64,000 nucleotides of DNA from Alphaproteobacteria bacterium (GCA_049601915.1 JBMYRB010000001.1:330662-394661), one strand, 5' to 3'; positions 28,005 to 40,448 are shown, counted from the stretch's first letter. Translations and numbers: made by a program. Notes: generated by a model not told the origin, from the letters alone.

Positions 28005-28322
28005 ATGCCCACACCCCAGCTGACCCCGCCCTACGCCGTCGAGATCGTGAACTACAAGCTCAACGACGGGGCCGACCCGGATGCTTATCTTGCGCTCTGC
28101 CGACAGGTGGGCGCGGAGTTCACCAGCGCCCAGCCCGGATTCCTGCACCGCGAGATCGGCCGCGGCGAGGACGATATCTGGGCCATCATCGTCACCTGGA
28201 AAACTGCCGACGATGCGCGCAATTCGATCAGCAACATCGACACGATCCCCGACGTGGTGAAGGAATACATGGCGATGATCAATCGCGAGACCCTGACCCG
28301 CGCCATGTTCGACGTGGTGTGA
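28005..28322 (+). CDS. Hypothetical protein (possible ABM/Dabb-like alpha+beta barrel)
   Basis: A 105-aa ORF lies 13 nt upstream of a GST gene. Weak resemblance to ABM-like folds only. Confidence 0.5.
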   Translation: MPTPQLTPPYAVEIVNYKLNDGADPDAYLALCRQVGAEFTSAQPGFLHREIGRGEDDIWAIIVTWKTADDARNSISNIDTIPDVVKEYMAMINRETLTRAMFDVV

Positions 28323-28334
28323 CAGGCGCGCGCC

Positions 28335-28949
28335 ATGATGAAGATATATCATGCACCCGAGACCCGCTCGACCCGGATCATCTGGCTGTTCGAGGAGCTG
28401 GGCCTGCCCTACGAGCTGGAGACCTTCAAGCTCGGCAGCCCGGATATGCGTGCAGAGGACTATCTGAAGGTCCATCCGATGGGCCGGGTCCCGGCGCTGG
28501 ACGATAGCGAGGTGACGATCTTCGAATCCGGCGCCATCGTCGAATATGTGCTGGCCAGATACGGCAACGGCGCCCTGGTCCCCGACCAGGCCTCGCCGGA
28601 CTTCGCCGAATATCTGCAGTGGCTGCACTATGCCGAGGGCATGCTGATGCCGCCGGTGAACACGATCGTGGTGGAGAAATTCTTCCTGTCCGAGGCGCGG
28701 CGCAACCAGGTCAATATCGACCGGGCGACCAAACTGCTGACCCGGATGCTGGGTGCCGTCGAGCAACGGCTTTTCGACCGGGACTATCTGGCCGGAGACT
28801 TCTCCGGCGCCGACATCATGTCCGGCCATGCCACGATCGTGGCAGCCCGCCTGGGCGCCGACATCACCGACAAGCCGAACGTCGCCGTCTACATCGAGCG
28901 CCTGAAGGCCCGCCCGGCGCTCCAGGCCGCCTACGCGGCGGCGGCCTGA
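28335..28949 (+). CDS. Glutathione S-transferase
   Basis: MMKIYHAPETRSTRIIWLFEELGLPYELE...HPMGRVPAL shows the GST N-terminal thioredoxin-like motif. Confidence 0.85.
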   Translation: MMKIYHAPETRSTRIIWLFEELGLPYELETFKLGSPDMRAEDYLKVHPMGRVPALDDSEVTIFESGAIVEYVLARYGNGALVPDQASPDFAEYLQWLHYAEGMLMPPVNTIVVEKFFLSEARRNQVNIDRATKLLTRMLGAVEQRLFDRDYLAGDFSGADIMSGHATIVAARLGADITDKPNVAVYIERLKARPALQAAYAAAA

Positions 28950-28974
28950 CAATTCCCGCGATCCGGACCATCTC

Positions 28975-30672
28975 GTGACCGACAGCTTCGACTACATCAT
29001 CGTAGGCGGCGGGTCGGCCGGCTGCGTGCTCGCCAACCGGCTGTCGGCGCGCAGCACGAATGCGGTGCTGCTGCTGGAGGCCGGACGCGACACCGCGCCC
29101 GGCGCGGAGCCGGCTGACGTCGCCGACACCTACCCCGTCTCCTATTACAACCGCTCCTACATGTGGTCGACACTGACCGGCCATCTGGATCAGCGCGACA
29201 GCTCTCCGGACACGCCGGTCACCCAGGCGAAGATTCTCGGCGGCGGATCGTCTCTCATGGGCATGGTCGCACTGCGCGGCACGCCCGACGACTATGACAC
29301 CTGGGCCGCGATGGGCGCGGACGGCTGGGGCTGGCAGGACGTGCTGCCTTTCTTCCGCAAGCTTGAGACCGACACCGATTTCGGTGCCGAGACTGACGGC
29401 GAGCTACATGGCAAAAGCGGTCCCGTCCCGATCCGCCGACTGCCAGAGGCCGACTGGCCGCCCCTGATGCGCGCGGCCGCCGACCATGCCCGCAACGGTC
29501 AGTATCCCCGGATCGACGATTTCAACGGCGACTTCCGCGACGGGTTCGGCGCGCTGCCGATCAGCAAGTTCCCCGACAAGCGGGCCTCGAGCGCGATCTG
29601 CTATCTTGATGCCGCGACCCGGGCTCGGCCCAATCTGACGATCGTCACCGACGCTCCGGTCGAACGTCTGGACCTCGACGAAAGCAAGACCCGCGTGTCC
29701 GGCGTCACCGCCCGGATCGACGGCCGGGCACAATCCTTCAACGCCCGCGAGGTCATCGTCGCGGCTGGTGCCTTGCAGTCCCCGGTGATGTTGTTGCGCG
29801 CCGGTATCGGTCCGGCCGACGAGCTGCGCGAACACGGCATCGACGTCGCGGCCGATCTACCAGGGGTCGGCGGCAATCTGCAGAACCACCAGACGGTCTA
29901 CCTGCTTGCCCATATGCGCCGCGCCGCCAGCCACCGGGGCCGGGAACGCCTGCACACCATGGCGACCCTGCGTTACTCGTCCGGCATCGCCGACTGCCCG
30001 GCCACCGATATGTATATCTCCCTCGTTGGCATGTCCGGCTGGCATGCCCTGGGACGGCGGTTGAGCGCCGTCACCACGTCCCTGCTGCAGCCCGCCGCCC
30101 GCGGCCGAGTGTCCCTGCGCTCCGCCGAGCCGGACGAACGCGCGCGCATCGAGTTCAACTTCCTGTCCGACGCGCGCGACCAGGCGCGTCTTGTCGACGG
30201 AGTGCGCCGCGCCGCAGAGATGCTGCTATCGCCGGGAGTGCGCAAGCTATGGCATCACGCCGTCCCCGTGAGCAACGCGCGCCGCATGCGCGAACTCAAT
30301 GATGTCACCGCCTACAATTCGATGCGCGCGCGAACCCTGGCGAAGCTGCTCGATATAGTCCCGGCTGCTGGCGGGCCTGTCCTGGGCATGCTGTCGGAAC
30401 CGGGGGTCGATGTCGCCGCCCTGCTCGCCGACCCGGCCCGGATCGAAGCGTTCATAGCCACCAGCGTCTCGGGCATGGCCCACCATGTGGGCACCTGCCG
30501 TATGGGCGCGGCGGGTGATCCGCTGGCGGTGGTCGACAGTTCCACGCGGGTGCGCGGCGTGGCCGGACTGCGTGTCGTCGACGCCTCGATCATGCCGGTC
30601 GTCCCACGGGGCAACACCAACCTGCCGACACTGATGATCGCCGAGAAGGTCGCCGCGGCGATGCTGGGCTAG
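28975..30672 (+). CDS. GMC family oxidoreductase (choline-dehydrogenase-like)
   Basis: N-terminal FAD motif DYIIVGGGSAGCVLANRLS plus a C-terminal GMC signature. Confidence 0.88.
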   Translation: MTDSFDYIIVGGGSAGCVLANRLSARSTNAVLLLEAGRDTAPGAEPADVADTYPVSYYNRSYMWSTLTGHLDQRDSSPDTPVTQAKILGGGSSLMGMVALRGTPDDYDTWAAMGADGWGWQDVLPFFRKLETDTDFGAETDGELHGKSGPVPIRRLPEADWPPLMRAAADHARNGQYPRIDDFNGDFRDGFGALPISKFPDKRASSAICYLDAATRARPNLTIVTDAPVERLDLDESKTRVSGVTARIDGRAQSFNAREVIVAAGALQSPVMLLRAGIGPADELREHGIDVAADLPGVGGNLQNHQTVYLLAHMRRAASHRGRERLHTMATLRYSSGIADCPATDMYISLVGMSGWHALGRRLSAVTTSLLQPAARGRVSLRSAEPDERARIEFNFLSDARDQARLVDGVRRAAEMLLSPGVRKLWHHAVPVSNARRMRELNDVTAYNSMRARTLAKLLDIVPAAGGPVLGMLSEPGVDVAALLADPARIEAFIATSVSGMAHHVGTCRMGAAGDPLAVVDSSTRVRGVAGLRVVDASIMPVVPRGNTNLPTLMIAEKVAAAMLG

Positions 30673-30756
30673 GCTCCACACCCCGGGCACGAAAAAGCCA
30701 GGCCCCGTGTATGACTGGGTGCCGGGCTTCCCCGTGGATCGGTTTGGCAAATCCGG

Positions 30757-31131
30757 CTAGCGATGCAGCGCGCAGATCTTGTTGCCGAACGGGTCGAGCA
30801 AATAGGCCAGATAGACCTGGCCGGCAGCACCTTCACGCCAGCCCGGCGGGTCCTCCACGCTCGTGCCGCCATTCGCGACACCGGCAGCGTGCCAGGCATC
30901 TGTCTGTTCCGGGTTCTCGCAGGTGAAACCGATGGTTCCGCCATTCGCGCCGGTCGCCGGCTCCCCGTTGATCGGCACCGAAACGGCAAACACGCCGGCG
31001 GGGGTCCGATAGAACAGGCGCCCCTTCGGATCGAACGTGCCCTCCGGCACCCCAACGGCGGCCAGCACCGCGTCATAGAATTTTTTCGCCACGGCCAGAT
31101 CATCTCCGCCGATCATGATGTGTGAAAACAT
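30757..31131 (-). CDS. VOC family protein
   Basis: MFSHIMIGGDDLAVAKKFYDAVLAAVG is a glyoxalase-like fold. Confidence 0.7.
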   Translation of the reverse strand: MFSHIMIGGDDLAVAKKFYDAVLAAVGVPEGTFDPKGRLFYRTPAGVFAVSVPINGEPATGANGGTIGFTCENPEQTDAWHAAGVANGGTSVEDPPGWREGAAGQVYLAYLLDPFGNKICALHR

Positions 31132-31220
31132 TGCTTACTCCGCCGTCATGTGTGCGCCACCATTATTGACCGCGCACGATGCGAGGCTAAAGCTTATTGC
31201 ACCGGCGGCAAAGCGCACGA

Positions 31221-31610
31221 TCACGAACGAATGGCGGTCGCCTCTATCTCGACACGAGCGTTCGGCATGGCCAGGAATGTGACGCCAACGGTCGAGCGCG
31301 CCGGATAGGGTTCCGAGACATAGCTCGAATAAACCCCATTCATCGCTATCACGTCATCCAGATCGGTCATGAAGATCGTGACCTTGACGATGTCAGCGCA
31401 AGTCAGACCCTCGGCGGCCAGCAGCGCACTGATGTTTCCCATGATCGACTTGGTCTGGGCAGCTGCATCCATGTCGTCGGGAATGCCACCGGCATCCGGA
31501 TCGAAGGCCATCTGGCCGCTCAGGATGACCTGGTCGCCGACCGCCACGCCGCCCGTCAGTGCCGGGCGCGGCGGGATGCTCACGTCCGGTGATGAAACTG
31601 TTTTACGCAT
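31221..31610 (-). CDS. RidA/YjgF family protein
   Basis: ATG at 31610 follows GGGGAGAA. RidA fold: ILSGQMAFDP...VKVTIFMTDL. Confidence 0.8.
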   Translation of the reverse strand: MRKTVSSPDVSIPPRPALTGGVAVGDQVILSGQMAFDPDAGGIPDDMDAAAQTKSIMGNISALLAAEGLTCADIVKVTIFMTDLDDVIAMNGVYSSYVSEPYPARSTVGVTFLAMPNARVEIEATAIRS

Positions 31611-31711
31611 CGAAATTCTCCCCGTTTGCAGGAACCAGCGTTTCAACCGGGCTTCCCGCAACCTGCGCCCTCTGCAGGTACGCGACAAACACAACAACGT
31701 GACAGCCCAAA

Positions 31712-31742
31712 GAAAAAGCCCGGCGCAAAGCCGGGCTTTTCT
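31712..31742. terminator. Bidirectional rho-independent terminator
   Basis: AAAAA-GCCCGGC-GCAAA-GCCGGGC-TTTTCT. On the minus strand it follows tRNA-Ala. Confidence 0.7.
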
Positions 31743-31748
31743 GGAATT

Positions 31749-31824
<76 letters not shown>

Positions 31825-31926
31825 CTAACTCTTGAACTCTAACTCTGTGGCGTCCGGCCTCTGGGCCGGGCGGCGCGAAGATACTGGACCCGACGATCAA
31901 CGCAAGTGTTTTTCCCCGCGGACCGT

Positions 31927-32277
31927 CTAGTTCTCGTCGTCGTCGCTCTTGACCACGACGACGGGCTCATCATTCTCATCGTCGTCGAGGTCCGGCGCGA
32001 GCGCGGCGTCATCATCGTCGTCGTCATCCTCGACCTCGACGTCGCTTACCAACGCCTCGACCTCATCCTCCGCGGTGGCGGCTGGCTTGGCGGCATCGTC
32101 ATTCGCCGGTGCAGGTGCCCCGGCATCAGACGCGCGATTGCGCCGCGGGCGGAAGATGGCCTCTGGGTCGAACTCGGCCTCGCAGCTCGGGCATACAATC
32201 GGTGATTTCTGCATGTCATAGAAGCGTGCGCCGCATGCCAAGCATGTCCGCTTTACGCCCCATTCGGGTTTTGCCAC
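31927..32277 (-). CDS. TIGR02300 (FYDLN_acid) family protein: Zn-ribbon with acidic low-complexity tail
   Basis: GTG at 32277 follows GGAGGG. VAKPEWGVKRTCLACGARFYDMQKSPIVCPSCEAEF is followed by an Asp/Glu-rich tail. Confidence 0.7.
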   Translation of the reverse strand: MAKPEWGVKRTCLACGARFYDMQKSPIVCPSCEAEFDPEAIFRPRRNRASDAGAPAPANDDAAKPAATAEDEVEALVSDVEVEDDDDDDDAALAPDLDDDENDEPVVVVKSDDDEN

Positions 32278-32469
32278 TGGTGGTACCCTCCGGTGTGTTT
32301 CGGACGCGCCGTGTGCCATGAACGGGACGGCCTGTCAAAAGCAAATCTGCGGTCCACACTCACTTTGTCGCAACGCGGCGGCGCCAAATATGCCGGAAAG
32401 GCCCACCAGCTTCATGGCCCGGCACCGAAACTTGTGCTAATCGGTCGCCGCCCGGACAAGATAGAAGCC

Positions 32470-33849
32470 ATGACCGCCAACGCCACAACCCAATCTCCCG
32501 CCCCCGCAACCGCGCGCCACAGCACGGCCCTCACAGGCGAGGTGCGCGTGCCAGGCGACAAGTCGATCTCGCATCGCGCACTGATGCTGGGGGCGCTCGC
32601 CGTCGGGACCACCCGCGCGGAAGGGTTGCTCGAGGGCGAGGACGTGCTGGCCACGGCGGCGGCCCTGCGCCGCATGGGTGTCGGCATCACGCGCAGCACT
32701 GACGACAGCGAGAACGGTAGCTGGGAAATCCACGGCGTCGGTGTGGGTGGCCTGCACGCACCCGACGACGTGTTGGACATGGGCAACTCCGGCACCGCGG
32801 CCAGGCTGCTGTGCGGCCTGCTCGCCGGCCATGATTTCACGGCCATCCTGACCGGCGACGATTCACTGCGCGCCCGGCCCATGGGCCGGGTCATCGAACC
32901 GCTCGCCGAGATGGGCATACAAACGACGTCGCGTGATGGCGGCCGGATGCCCCTGTCGATCACCGGCACCGCCGACCTGTTGCCTATGGAATATGCGCTG
33001 CCGGTGCCGTCGGCCCAGGTGAAATCCGCCATTCTTCTGGCCGGGCTCCACGCGCCCGGAAAAACGACAGTGATCGAAGCCGCGGCAACCCGCGACCATA
33101 CCGAGCGCATGCTCGCCCATATGGGTGCGGAGCTCGAGATCAGGGAAACGGATGAAGGCCGCCGGATCACGATCACCGGCCTGCCCGAACTGAACGCGGC
33201 GGAGATAAAGGTTCCCGCCGACCCGAGTTCGGCCGCCTTCCCCGCCGTCGCCGCGGCGATCGTGGCGGGCTCCGATGTGTATTTGCCGGCGGTCGGCATG
33301 AACCCGGCCCGCATCGGTTTGTTCGACACGTTGATCGAAATGGGTACCGATATCTCTCGCGATAATCCCCGCGATGTCGGCGGCGAGCCCGTCGCCGACC
33401 TGCGCATCCGTGCCGGATCCCTGAAGGGCGTAATCGTGCCGGCAGAACGTGCACCGTCCATGATCGACGAGTATCCGGTGCTGGCCGCCGCGGCCGCCTG
33501 TGCGTCGGGCACAACGGTGTTTGAAGGGGTCGGCGAGTTGCGGGTCAAGGAAAGCGACCGACTGGCCGCCGTCGAGGCCGGGCTGGCCGCATGCGGCGTC
33601 GCGGTCTGGACGGAAGACGACCGGATGGTCATCCAGGGCTGCGACGGGCTACCACGAGGAGGTGGCGAGATCGCCGCCAATCTCGACCACCGGATTGCCA
33701 TGAGCTTCCTGGTCCTCGGCCTCGCGACGGAGAACCCGGTCACGATTGACGATGTCCGCACCGTCGAGACCAGTTTTCCCGGTTTCATCGAGACCATGGC
33801 CGGCCTCGGCGCGGATATTTCGGAAGTCGGCACGGAACAAAGCGCATGA
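32470..33849 (+). CDS. aroA: 3-phosphoshikimate 1-carboxyvinyltransferase (EPSP synthase)
   Basis: ATG at 32470 opens LTGEVRVPGDKSISHRALMLGALAVGTT. It is followed by cmk and rpsA, the conserved synteny. Confidence 0.93.
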   Translation: MTANATTQSPAPATARHSTALTGEVRVPGDKSISHRALMLGALAVGTTRAEGLLEGEDVLATAAALRRMGVGITRSTDDSENGSWEIHGVGVGGLHAPDDVLDMGNSGTAARLLCGLLAGHDFTAILTGDDSLRARPMGRVIEPLAEMGIQTTSRDGGRMPLSITGTADLLPMEYALPVPSAQVKSAILLAGLHAPGKTTVIEAAATRDHTERMLAHMGAELEIRETDEGRRITITGLPELNAAEIKVPADPSSAAFPAVAAAIVAGSDVYLPAVGMNPARIGLFDTLIEMGTDISRDNPRDVGGEPVADLRIRAGSLKGVIVPAERAPSMIDEYPVLAAAAACASGTTVFEGVGELRVKESDRLAAVEAGLAACGVAVWTEDDRMVIQGCDGLPRGGGEIAANLDHRIAMSFLVLGLATENPVTIDDVRTVETSFPGFIETMAGLGADISEVGTEQSA

Positions 33850-34478
33850 TCATCGCGATCGATGGGCCGGCCGCCGCCGGCAAGGGTACACTGGCTAGGC
33901 GGCTCGCGGCGCATTTTGATTTCGCCTTTCTGGATACCGGCCGTCTTTATCGGTCAGTTGGCTACCTCGTGCTCGCTGATGGCGGCGATCCGTCCAACGA
34001 AAAAGATGCCGTGCGTGCCGCCAAGGCGCTCGACCCTGCGAAACTGGAATCCGTCGACCTGCACACTGAAACGGCGGCCGACGCGGCCTCCCAGGTGGCG
34101 GCGATTCCCGACGTGCGCGCGGTGCTGCTCGACTTCCAGCGCGGCTTCGCGCAAACGCCGCCCGACGGCAAGGCCGGGGCCGTCCTGGATGGGCGCGACA
34201 TCGGTTCGGTGGTCTGCCCGGATGCGGATGTAAAACTCTTTGTAACGGCCCGCCCCGAAATCCGGGCGGAACGGCGCCATAAAGAGTTGCAGGAAAAGGG
34301 CTTAGAGAGTACATATCCCGCCGTCCTGGCCGAGATAGAAGCGCGTGACGAGCGCGATCGCACTCGAGAGGTCTCCCCATTGCTGTCGGGAGACGCACGC
34401 GAGATCGATACTTCAGATAAAACGCCCGATGCCGTCTTCGAAGAGACACGGGCCTATATCGAGGATCTATCCAGTTAA
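33846..34478 (+). CDS. cmk: Cytidylate kinase
   Basis: P-loop MIIAIDGPAAAGKGTLARRLA. Overlaps the aroA stop by 4 nt. Confidence 0.92.
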   Translation: MIIAIDGPAAAGKGTLARRLAAHFDFAFLDTGRLYRSVGYLVLADGGDPSNEKDAVRAAKALDPAKLESVDLHTETAADAASQVAAIPDVRAVLLDFQRGFAQTPPDGKAGAVLDGRDIGSVVCPDADVKLFVTARPEIRAERRHKELQEKGLESTYPAVLAEIEARDERDRTREVSPLLSGDAREIDTSDKTPDAVFEETRAYIEDLSS

Positions 34479-34610
34479 TCTCGGCTGGAATTTTTGCGTA
34501 TCCAGCACCGTTTCCATGTCCGGAATGGCCGGACAGACGTGTGGATGCGAAAGACCGCCGGAACCAACCGGTTGGCATGACAAGTTTGACCCGAAAGGAC
34601 GTATCGTCCC

Positions 34611-36485
<1,875 letters not shown>

Positions 36486-36509
36486 GGCTTCCGCGCCTGA
36501 CCGGCCGCC

Positions 36510-37421
36510 ATGTCCTACGAAACGGACGCCCTGCTTGACCGCCGCCGGCTGAAACGCCGGCTGCGTGTCTGGCAGGCCATCACGTTGCTGGTCTTGGTCG
36601 CTGCGGTTCTGGCCTATTTGCAGGCCCAGGGCACGTTGTTACGCGGCGAACGGATCGTCCGCATCCAGATCGAAGGGGTGATCGTCCGCGATGAAGCCCG
36701 CAGCCGGCTCCTGGCCCGGTTAGCCGAGGAAGACGACGTGCGCGGCGTGATCGTGCATATCGACAGCCCCGGCGGCAGCGTCGTCGGCGGCGAGGATCTG
36801 TACAACAGCCTGCGCGCCATCGCGCAAGCCAAGCCGGTCGCCACCGTGATGGGCACTGTGGCCACGTCTGCCGCCTATATGACGGCCATTGCCACCGACC
36901 GGGTGTTCGCCCGCGAGGGCACGATCACCGGCTCCATCGGGGTTATCCTGCAAACCGCCAATGTGAGCGACCTGCTCGACCGGATCGGCGTCGAGCCCGT
37001 CACCATCAAGTCGAGCGAGCTGAAAGGCGTCCCCTCGCCCGTCGAACCCCTGACACCTGAGGGCCGGGCCGTGACGGAGCAGGTGGTACTCGATCTCTAT
37101 GATTTTTTTGTCGATCTGGTGACCGACCGCCGACCTATCGATACCGAGGCCGTCCGCCGTCTGGCCGATGGCCGCGTGTTTTCGGGGCGTCAGGCGGTAG
37201 AGAATAATCTGATCGATGCCATCGGCGACGAGGCGGCGGTAATCGACTGGATGGTTCGCGAGCGCAATGTCCCCGGCGGACTTCCGGTCGAATCCGTGCG
37301 GACCAACGCCGACTCGGACAGTTTCCTAGAGAAGATAACAGGGCTTGCAGGAAAATCGTTGTTTTCCAATGCATTAACACTTGACGGTCTGGTTTCACTT
37401 TGGCAACCTTCGGCGCGCTGA
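36510..37421 (+). CDS. sppA: Signal peptide peptidase SppA (36K type)
   Basis: An N-terminal TM segment precedes a ClpP/crotonase-like domain with catalytic Ser ([12 protein letters not shown]). Confidence 0.85.
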   Translation: MSYETDALLDRRRLKRRLRVWQAITLLVLVAAVLAYLQAQGTLLRGERIVRIQIEGVIVRDEARSRLLARLAEEDDVRGVIVHIDSPGGSVVGGEDLYNSLRAIAQAKPVATVMGTVATSAAYMTAIATDRVFAREGTITGSIGVILQTANVSDLLDRIGVEPVTIKSSELKGVPSPVEPLTPEGRAVTEQVVLDLYDFFVDLVTDRRPIDTEAVRRLADGRVFSGRQAVENNLIDAIGDEAAVIDWMVRERNVPGGLPVESVRTNADSDSFLEKITGLAGKSLFSNALTLDGLVSLWQPSAR

Positions 37422-37494
37422 CGTTAACAGAATGGCAGCTGAGCCTTCGGGGGAAGGCGAATATGCGGGATTGGCGAATCCCCGGGGGAATAGG

Positions 37495-37776
37495 ATGACA
37501 AAGTCAGAATTGATACAGCGGCTGGCCGAGCGCAACCCACACCTGCTGCAACGCGACGCGGAACGTGTCGTGGCAACAATCCTGGAAGAGATCACCGCTG
37601 CCCTGGCGCGCGGAGACCGGGTCGAACTGCGCGGTTTCGGCGCCTTTTCGGTGAAACAACGCGCGGCACGAACCGGCCGCAACCCACGCACCGGCGCCGC
37701 GGTCGATGTCGACGCAAAGGTTGTTCCCTACTTCAAGACCGGCAAGGAACTGCGCGAACGCCTCAACGGCGAGTAA
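37495..37776 (+). CDS. ihfB: Integration host factor subunit beta
   Basis: ATG at 37495. [33 protein letters not shown]...GRNPRTG shows the HU/IHF fold. Confidence 0.93.
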   Translation: MTKSELIQRLAERNPHLLQRDAERVVATILEEITAALARGDRVELRGFGAFSVKQRAARTGRNPRTGAAVDVDAKVVPYFKTGKELRERLNGE

Positions 37777-37954
37777 TACGTAGCCTGACGCCATCGGCGG
37801 ACTTCCAGACGCCAACGTCCACGCACATCATTCATTCGCACGACGAATAGGGTAAACTCGGCCCCATTGTCCGGCATGGGTGCTGGTCGCACCCCGCCGA
37901 CGACAATGTATTGCACCAACTGGCAGAATCCATGACCGACTCTGGAGATGCGCC

Positions 37955-38275
37955 GTGAACCGCCTGCGCTTGCTGATTACCGTTCCGGTCGCGATCATTG
38001 TGGTCGTCTTCGCGGTCAACAATCGCGGTTACGCCGGTGTTAGTCTCTGGCCGCTCGATCTGGTCATCACATGGCCTCTGTTCATTTTCGTGTTCATCGG
38101 TCTCGGGGTTGGGTTTGCCCTCGGCGCAACATTGATGTGGATCACCGCCGCACCGACACGAAGACGTGCGCGTGAACGAGTAGGAAAAATCCGCGAACTC
38201 GAACGCAAGGTGGATGCCGCCGAACGCGCAACCCCGCCGGCGCCAGTGGCACAACCACCAGCGCGCACGGACTAG
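37955..38275 (+). CDS. lapA: LapA family (DUF1049) inner-membrane protein
   Basis: GTG at 37955 follows GGAG. Two TM segments with a basic coiled C-terminus. The position after ihfB matches the E. coli ihfB-lapA arrangement. Confidence 0.65.
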   Translation: MNRLRLLITVPVAIIVVVFAVNNRGYAGVSLWPLDLVITWPLFIFVFIGLGVGFALGATLMWITAAPTRRRARERVGKIRELERKVDAAERATPPAPVAQPPARTD

Positions 38276-38282
38276 TCCCGGA

Positions 38283-39239
38283 TTGCAAACCATCGACCCG
38301 GCAACCGTTGACGCGTTAATCGACGCGCCCAGCCTCGTGGCGGCGTTGCACGCGGCGTTTCGCGATGGCGCCGTCGCACCGGTCCGCCATCATCACAACA
38401 TACACATGGGCGCACGCGACGACGCAACATTGCTGTTGATGCCCGCATGGGACAATAGGCTGCCGCCACGCCATATCGGTGTGAAAACGGTCACGGTTCA
38501 TCCTGACAACCCGTCACAAGGCACACCTCAACCCTCCGTCCAGGGCGCCTATCTGTTACTCTATGGACAAACAGGCGCGCCACGCGCGCTGATCGACGGA
38601 CCTGCTCTGACCGCACGACGCACAGCGGCTGCGTCCGCGCTCGCCTCGCGGTTTCTGTCGCGACCGAATTCACAGCGGCTTGTCATGATCGGCACCGGCC
38701 GGCTTGCACCGGACCTGATCACGGCCCACCGCGCCGAGCGCCCGATCGCCCATGTCGCCGTGTGGGGACGCGAGCAAAAAAAGGCCGAAAACCTCGCCCG
38801 CCGGATGTCCGGTCAGGGGTTCGACATCGTGGCCTGCGACGATCTCGAGGGCGCAATTGCCGATGCCGACATTGTCAGCTGCGCAACCACGTCACGCCGG
38901 CCGTTCTTCGATGGCGAATGGCTCGCACCAGGCACACACGTCGATCTGGTGGGCGGATTTCGCCCGGACATGCGCGAGGCCGACGACACGGTCATCAGCC
39001 GCGCACGTGTTTTTGTCGACACCCGCACGGGTGCAATGTCCGAGGCCGGCGACATCACCCAGCCCCTGGCTGCCGGCCTGATCGCGGCGGATGACATCGT
39101 CGCCGAGCTATCCGAACTATGCCGGGATGAGCATATCGGCCGCTCTTCCATCACCGAGATCACCATGTTCAAATCCGTGGGAACGGCGCTCGAGGATCTC
39201 GCGGCCGCAGAACTTTTGATCGACCGGATAGGACCATGA
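38283..39239 (+). CDS. Ornithine cyclodeaminase / mu-crystallin family protein
   Basis: Rossmann motif VMIGTGRLA and the OCD-family core. The start is uncertain: a TTG at 38283 is proposed to avoid overlap with lapA. Confidence 0.7.
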   Translation: MQTIDPATVDALIDAPSLVAALHAAFRDGAVAPVRHHHNIHMGARDDATLLLMPAWDNRLPPRHIGVKTVTVHPDNPSQGTPQPSVQGAYLLLYGQTGAPRALIDGPALTARRTAAASALASRFLSRPNSQRLVMIGTGRLAPDLITAHRAERPIAHVAVWGREQKKAENLARRMSGQGFDIVACDDLEGAIADADIVSCATTSRRPFFDGEWLAPGTHVDLVGGFRPDMREADDTVISRARVFVDTRTGAMSEAGDITQPLAAGLIAADDIVAELSELCRDEHIGRSSITEITMFKSVGTALEDLAAAELLIDRIGP

Positions 39240-40435
39240 CCATCGACGCGGCCCATATCCACGAATGGCTGACCCGCCAGGCGCTGCCGCTCTGGTCCCA
39301 TGCCGGGTATGACGATATGGCGGGCGGCTTCGTCGAATGCCTGACCCTCGACGGCAAACCGCTGTTCGACCGCGACAAGCGCATGCGCGTGCAGGCGCGG
39401 CAAATTTATGTCTACAGCCACGCGCACCGGCTGGGCTGGACCCCGCCTGCCGGCGGCCCGAGCGCCCTCGATGTCGCACGTGGCGGCTATGAGTTCCTCA
39501 CCCGGCATTACTGGCGCGTGGGTAGCGGCGGATTTGTTTTCTCGACCACCCGCGACGGCACCCCGGCCGACACCCGGATCGAGGCCTATGAGCAAGCCTT
39601 CGCCCTGTATGCCTTTGCCTGGTACCACCGCGCCAGCGGCGATCCCGATGCACTGACCTGGGCTGAACGCACGCTTGCCTTTCTCGACGAAAACCTCGCC
39701 GACCCTGCACATGGCGGGTATTTCGAAAACCCGGCACATGATCTGCCGCGCCGCCAGAACCCCCACATGCATCTGCTGGAAGCATTACTCGCGCTTCACG
39801 GCGCCACCGCCGACACCGCCTATCTCGACCGTGCGCGGGTGATCATCGATCTGTTCCGCACCCGCTTTCTCGACCCCGGCACCGGCACCCTGGGCGAGTT
39901 CTTCGCGGCGGACTGGGCGACCGCACCCGGCACGGCCGGACAGACCGTCGAACCCGGACACCATTTCGAATGGGTGTGGTTGCTCCGGCGCTACGCCGAG
40001 GCCAGCGGCGCAGATATGCGAGTGGAAGCAGACGCGCTTTACGCGTTCGCCATGGCCCATGGCAGCGATCATGTACCCGGGCCGGCCCAGGGCCTAGCGT
40101 TCGATTCGGTGCTGCGCAGCGGAGAAGACGTCCGGCTCGGCCACGGTACCTCGCTCGACGACAACAAGCGCCTCTGGGTCCAGACCGAGGCCATCAAGGC
40201 ACAGTTGGCACGCCTAGAGGATGGCCACGACACCAATGCAGCCGGGCATCTCGAGTTGCTGCTGGATCGGCTGTTCGGACTGTATCTCGCCGTCGGGCGC
40301 GGCAACTGGCAGGACCATCTGGACACCAACGGTCGCGGATTCGCCGAAACGGTGCCCGCATCGAGTTTCTATCACCTGTTTCTGTGCCTCACCGAGGTGC
40401 TCCGGGTACGTGACCAGCGGACGGACCTCTGCTAG
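39236..40435 (+). CDS. AGE family epimerase/isomerase (N-acylglucosamine 2-epimerase-like)
   Basis: (alpha/alpha)6-barrel motifs. Overlaps the upstream gene by 4 nt. Confidence 0.8.
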   Translation: MTIDAAHIHEWLTRQALPLWSHAGYDDMAGGFVECLTLDGKPLFDRDKRMRVQARQIYVYSHAHRLGWTPPAGGPSALDVARGGYEFLTRHYWRVGSGGFVFSTTRDGTPADTRIEAYEQAFALYAFAWYHRASGDPDALTWAERTLAFLDENLADPAHGGYFENPAHDLPRRQNPHMHLLEALLALHGATADTAYLDRARVIIDLFRTRFLDPGTGTLGEFFAADWATAPGTAGQTVEPGHHFEWVWLLRRYAEASGADMRVEADALYAFAMAHGSDHVPGPAQGLAFDSVLRSGEDVRLGHGTSLDDNKRLWVQTEAIKAQLARLEDGHDTNAAGHLELLLDRLFGLYLAVGRGNWQDHLDTNGRGFAETVPASSFYHLFLCLTEVLRVRDQRTDLC

Positions 40436-40448
40436 AAGCTGCGCTGTC

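Noticed and set aside
27885-28952. 355-aa minus-strand ORF
   Set aside because: It is antisense to the ABM-like and GST genes.
32412-33914. 500-aa minus-strand ORF
   Set aside because: It is antisense to aroA/cmk. It has low-complexity Ala/Ser/Arg-rich composition and no start context.
38813-39772. 319-aa minus-strand ORF
   Set aside because: It is antisense to the OCD-family and AGE-family genes and has no homology signal.
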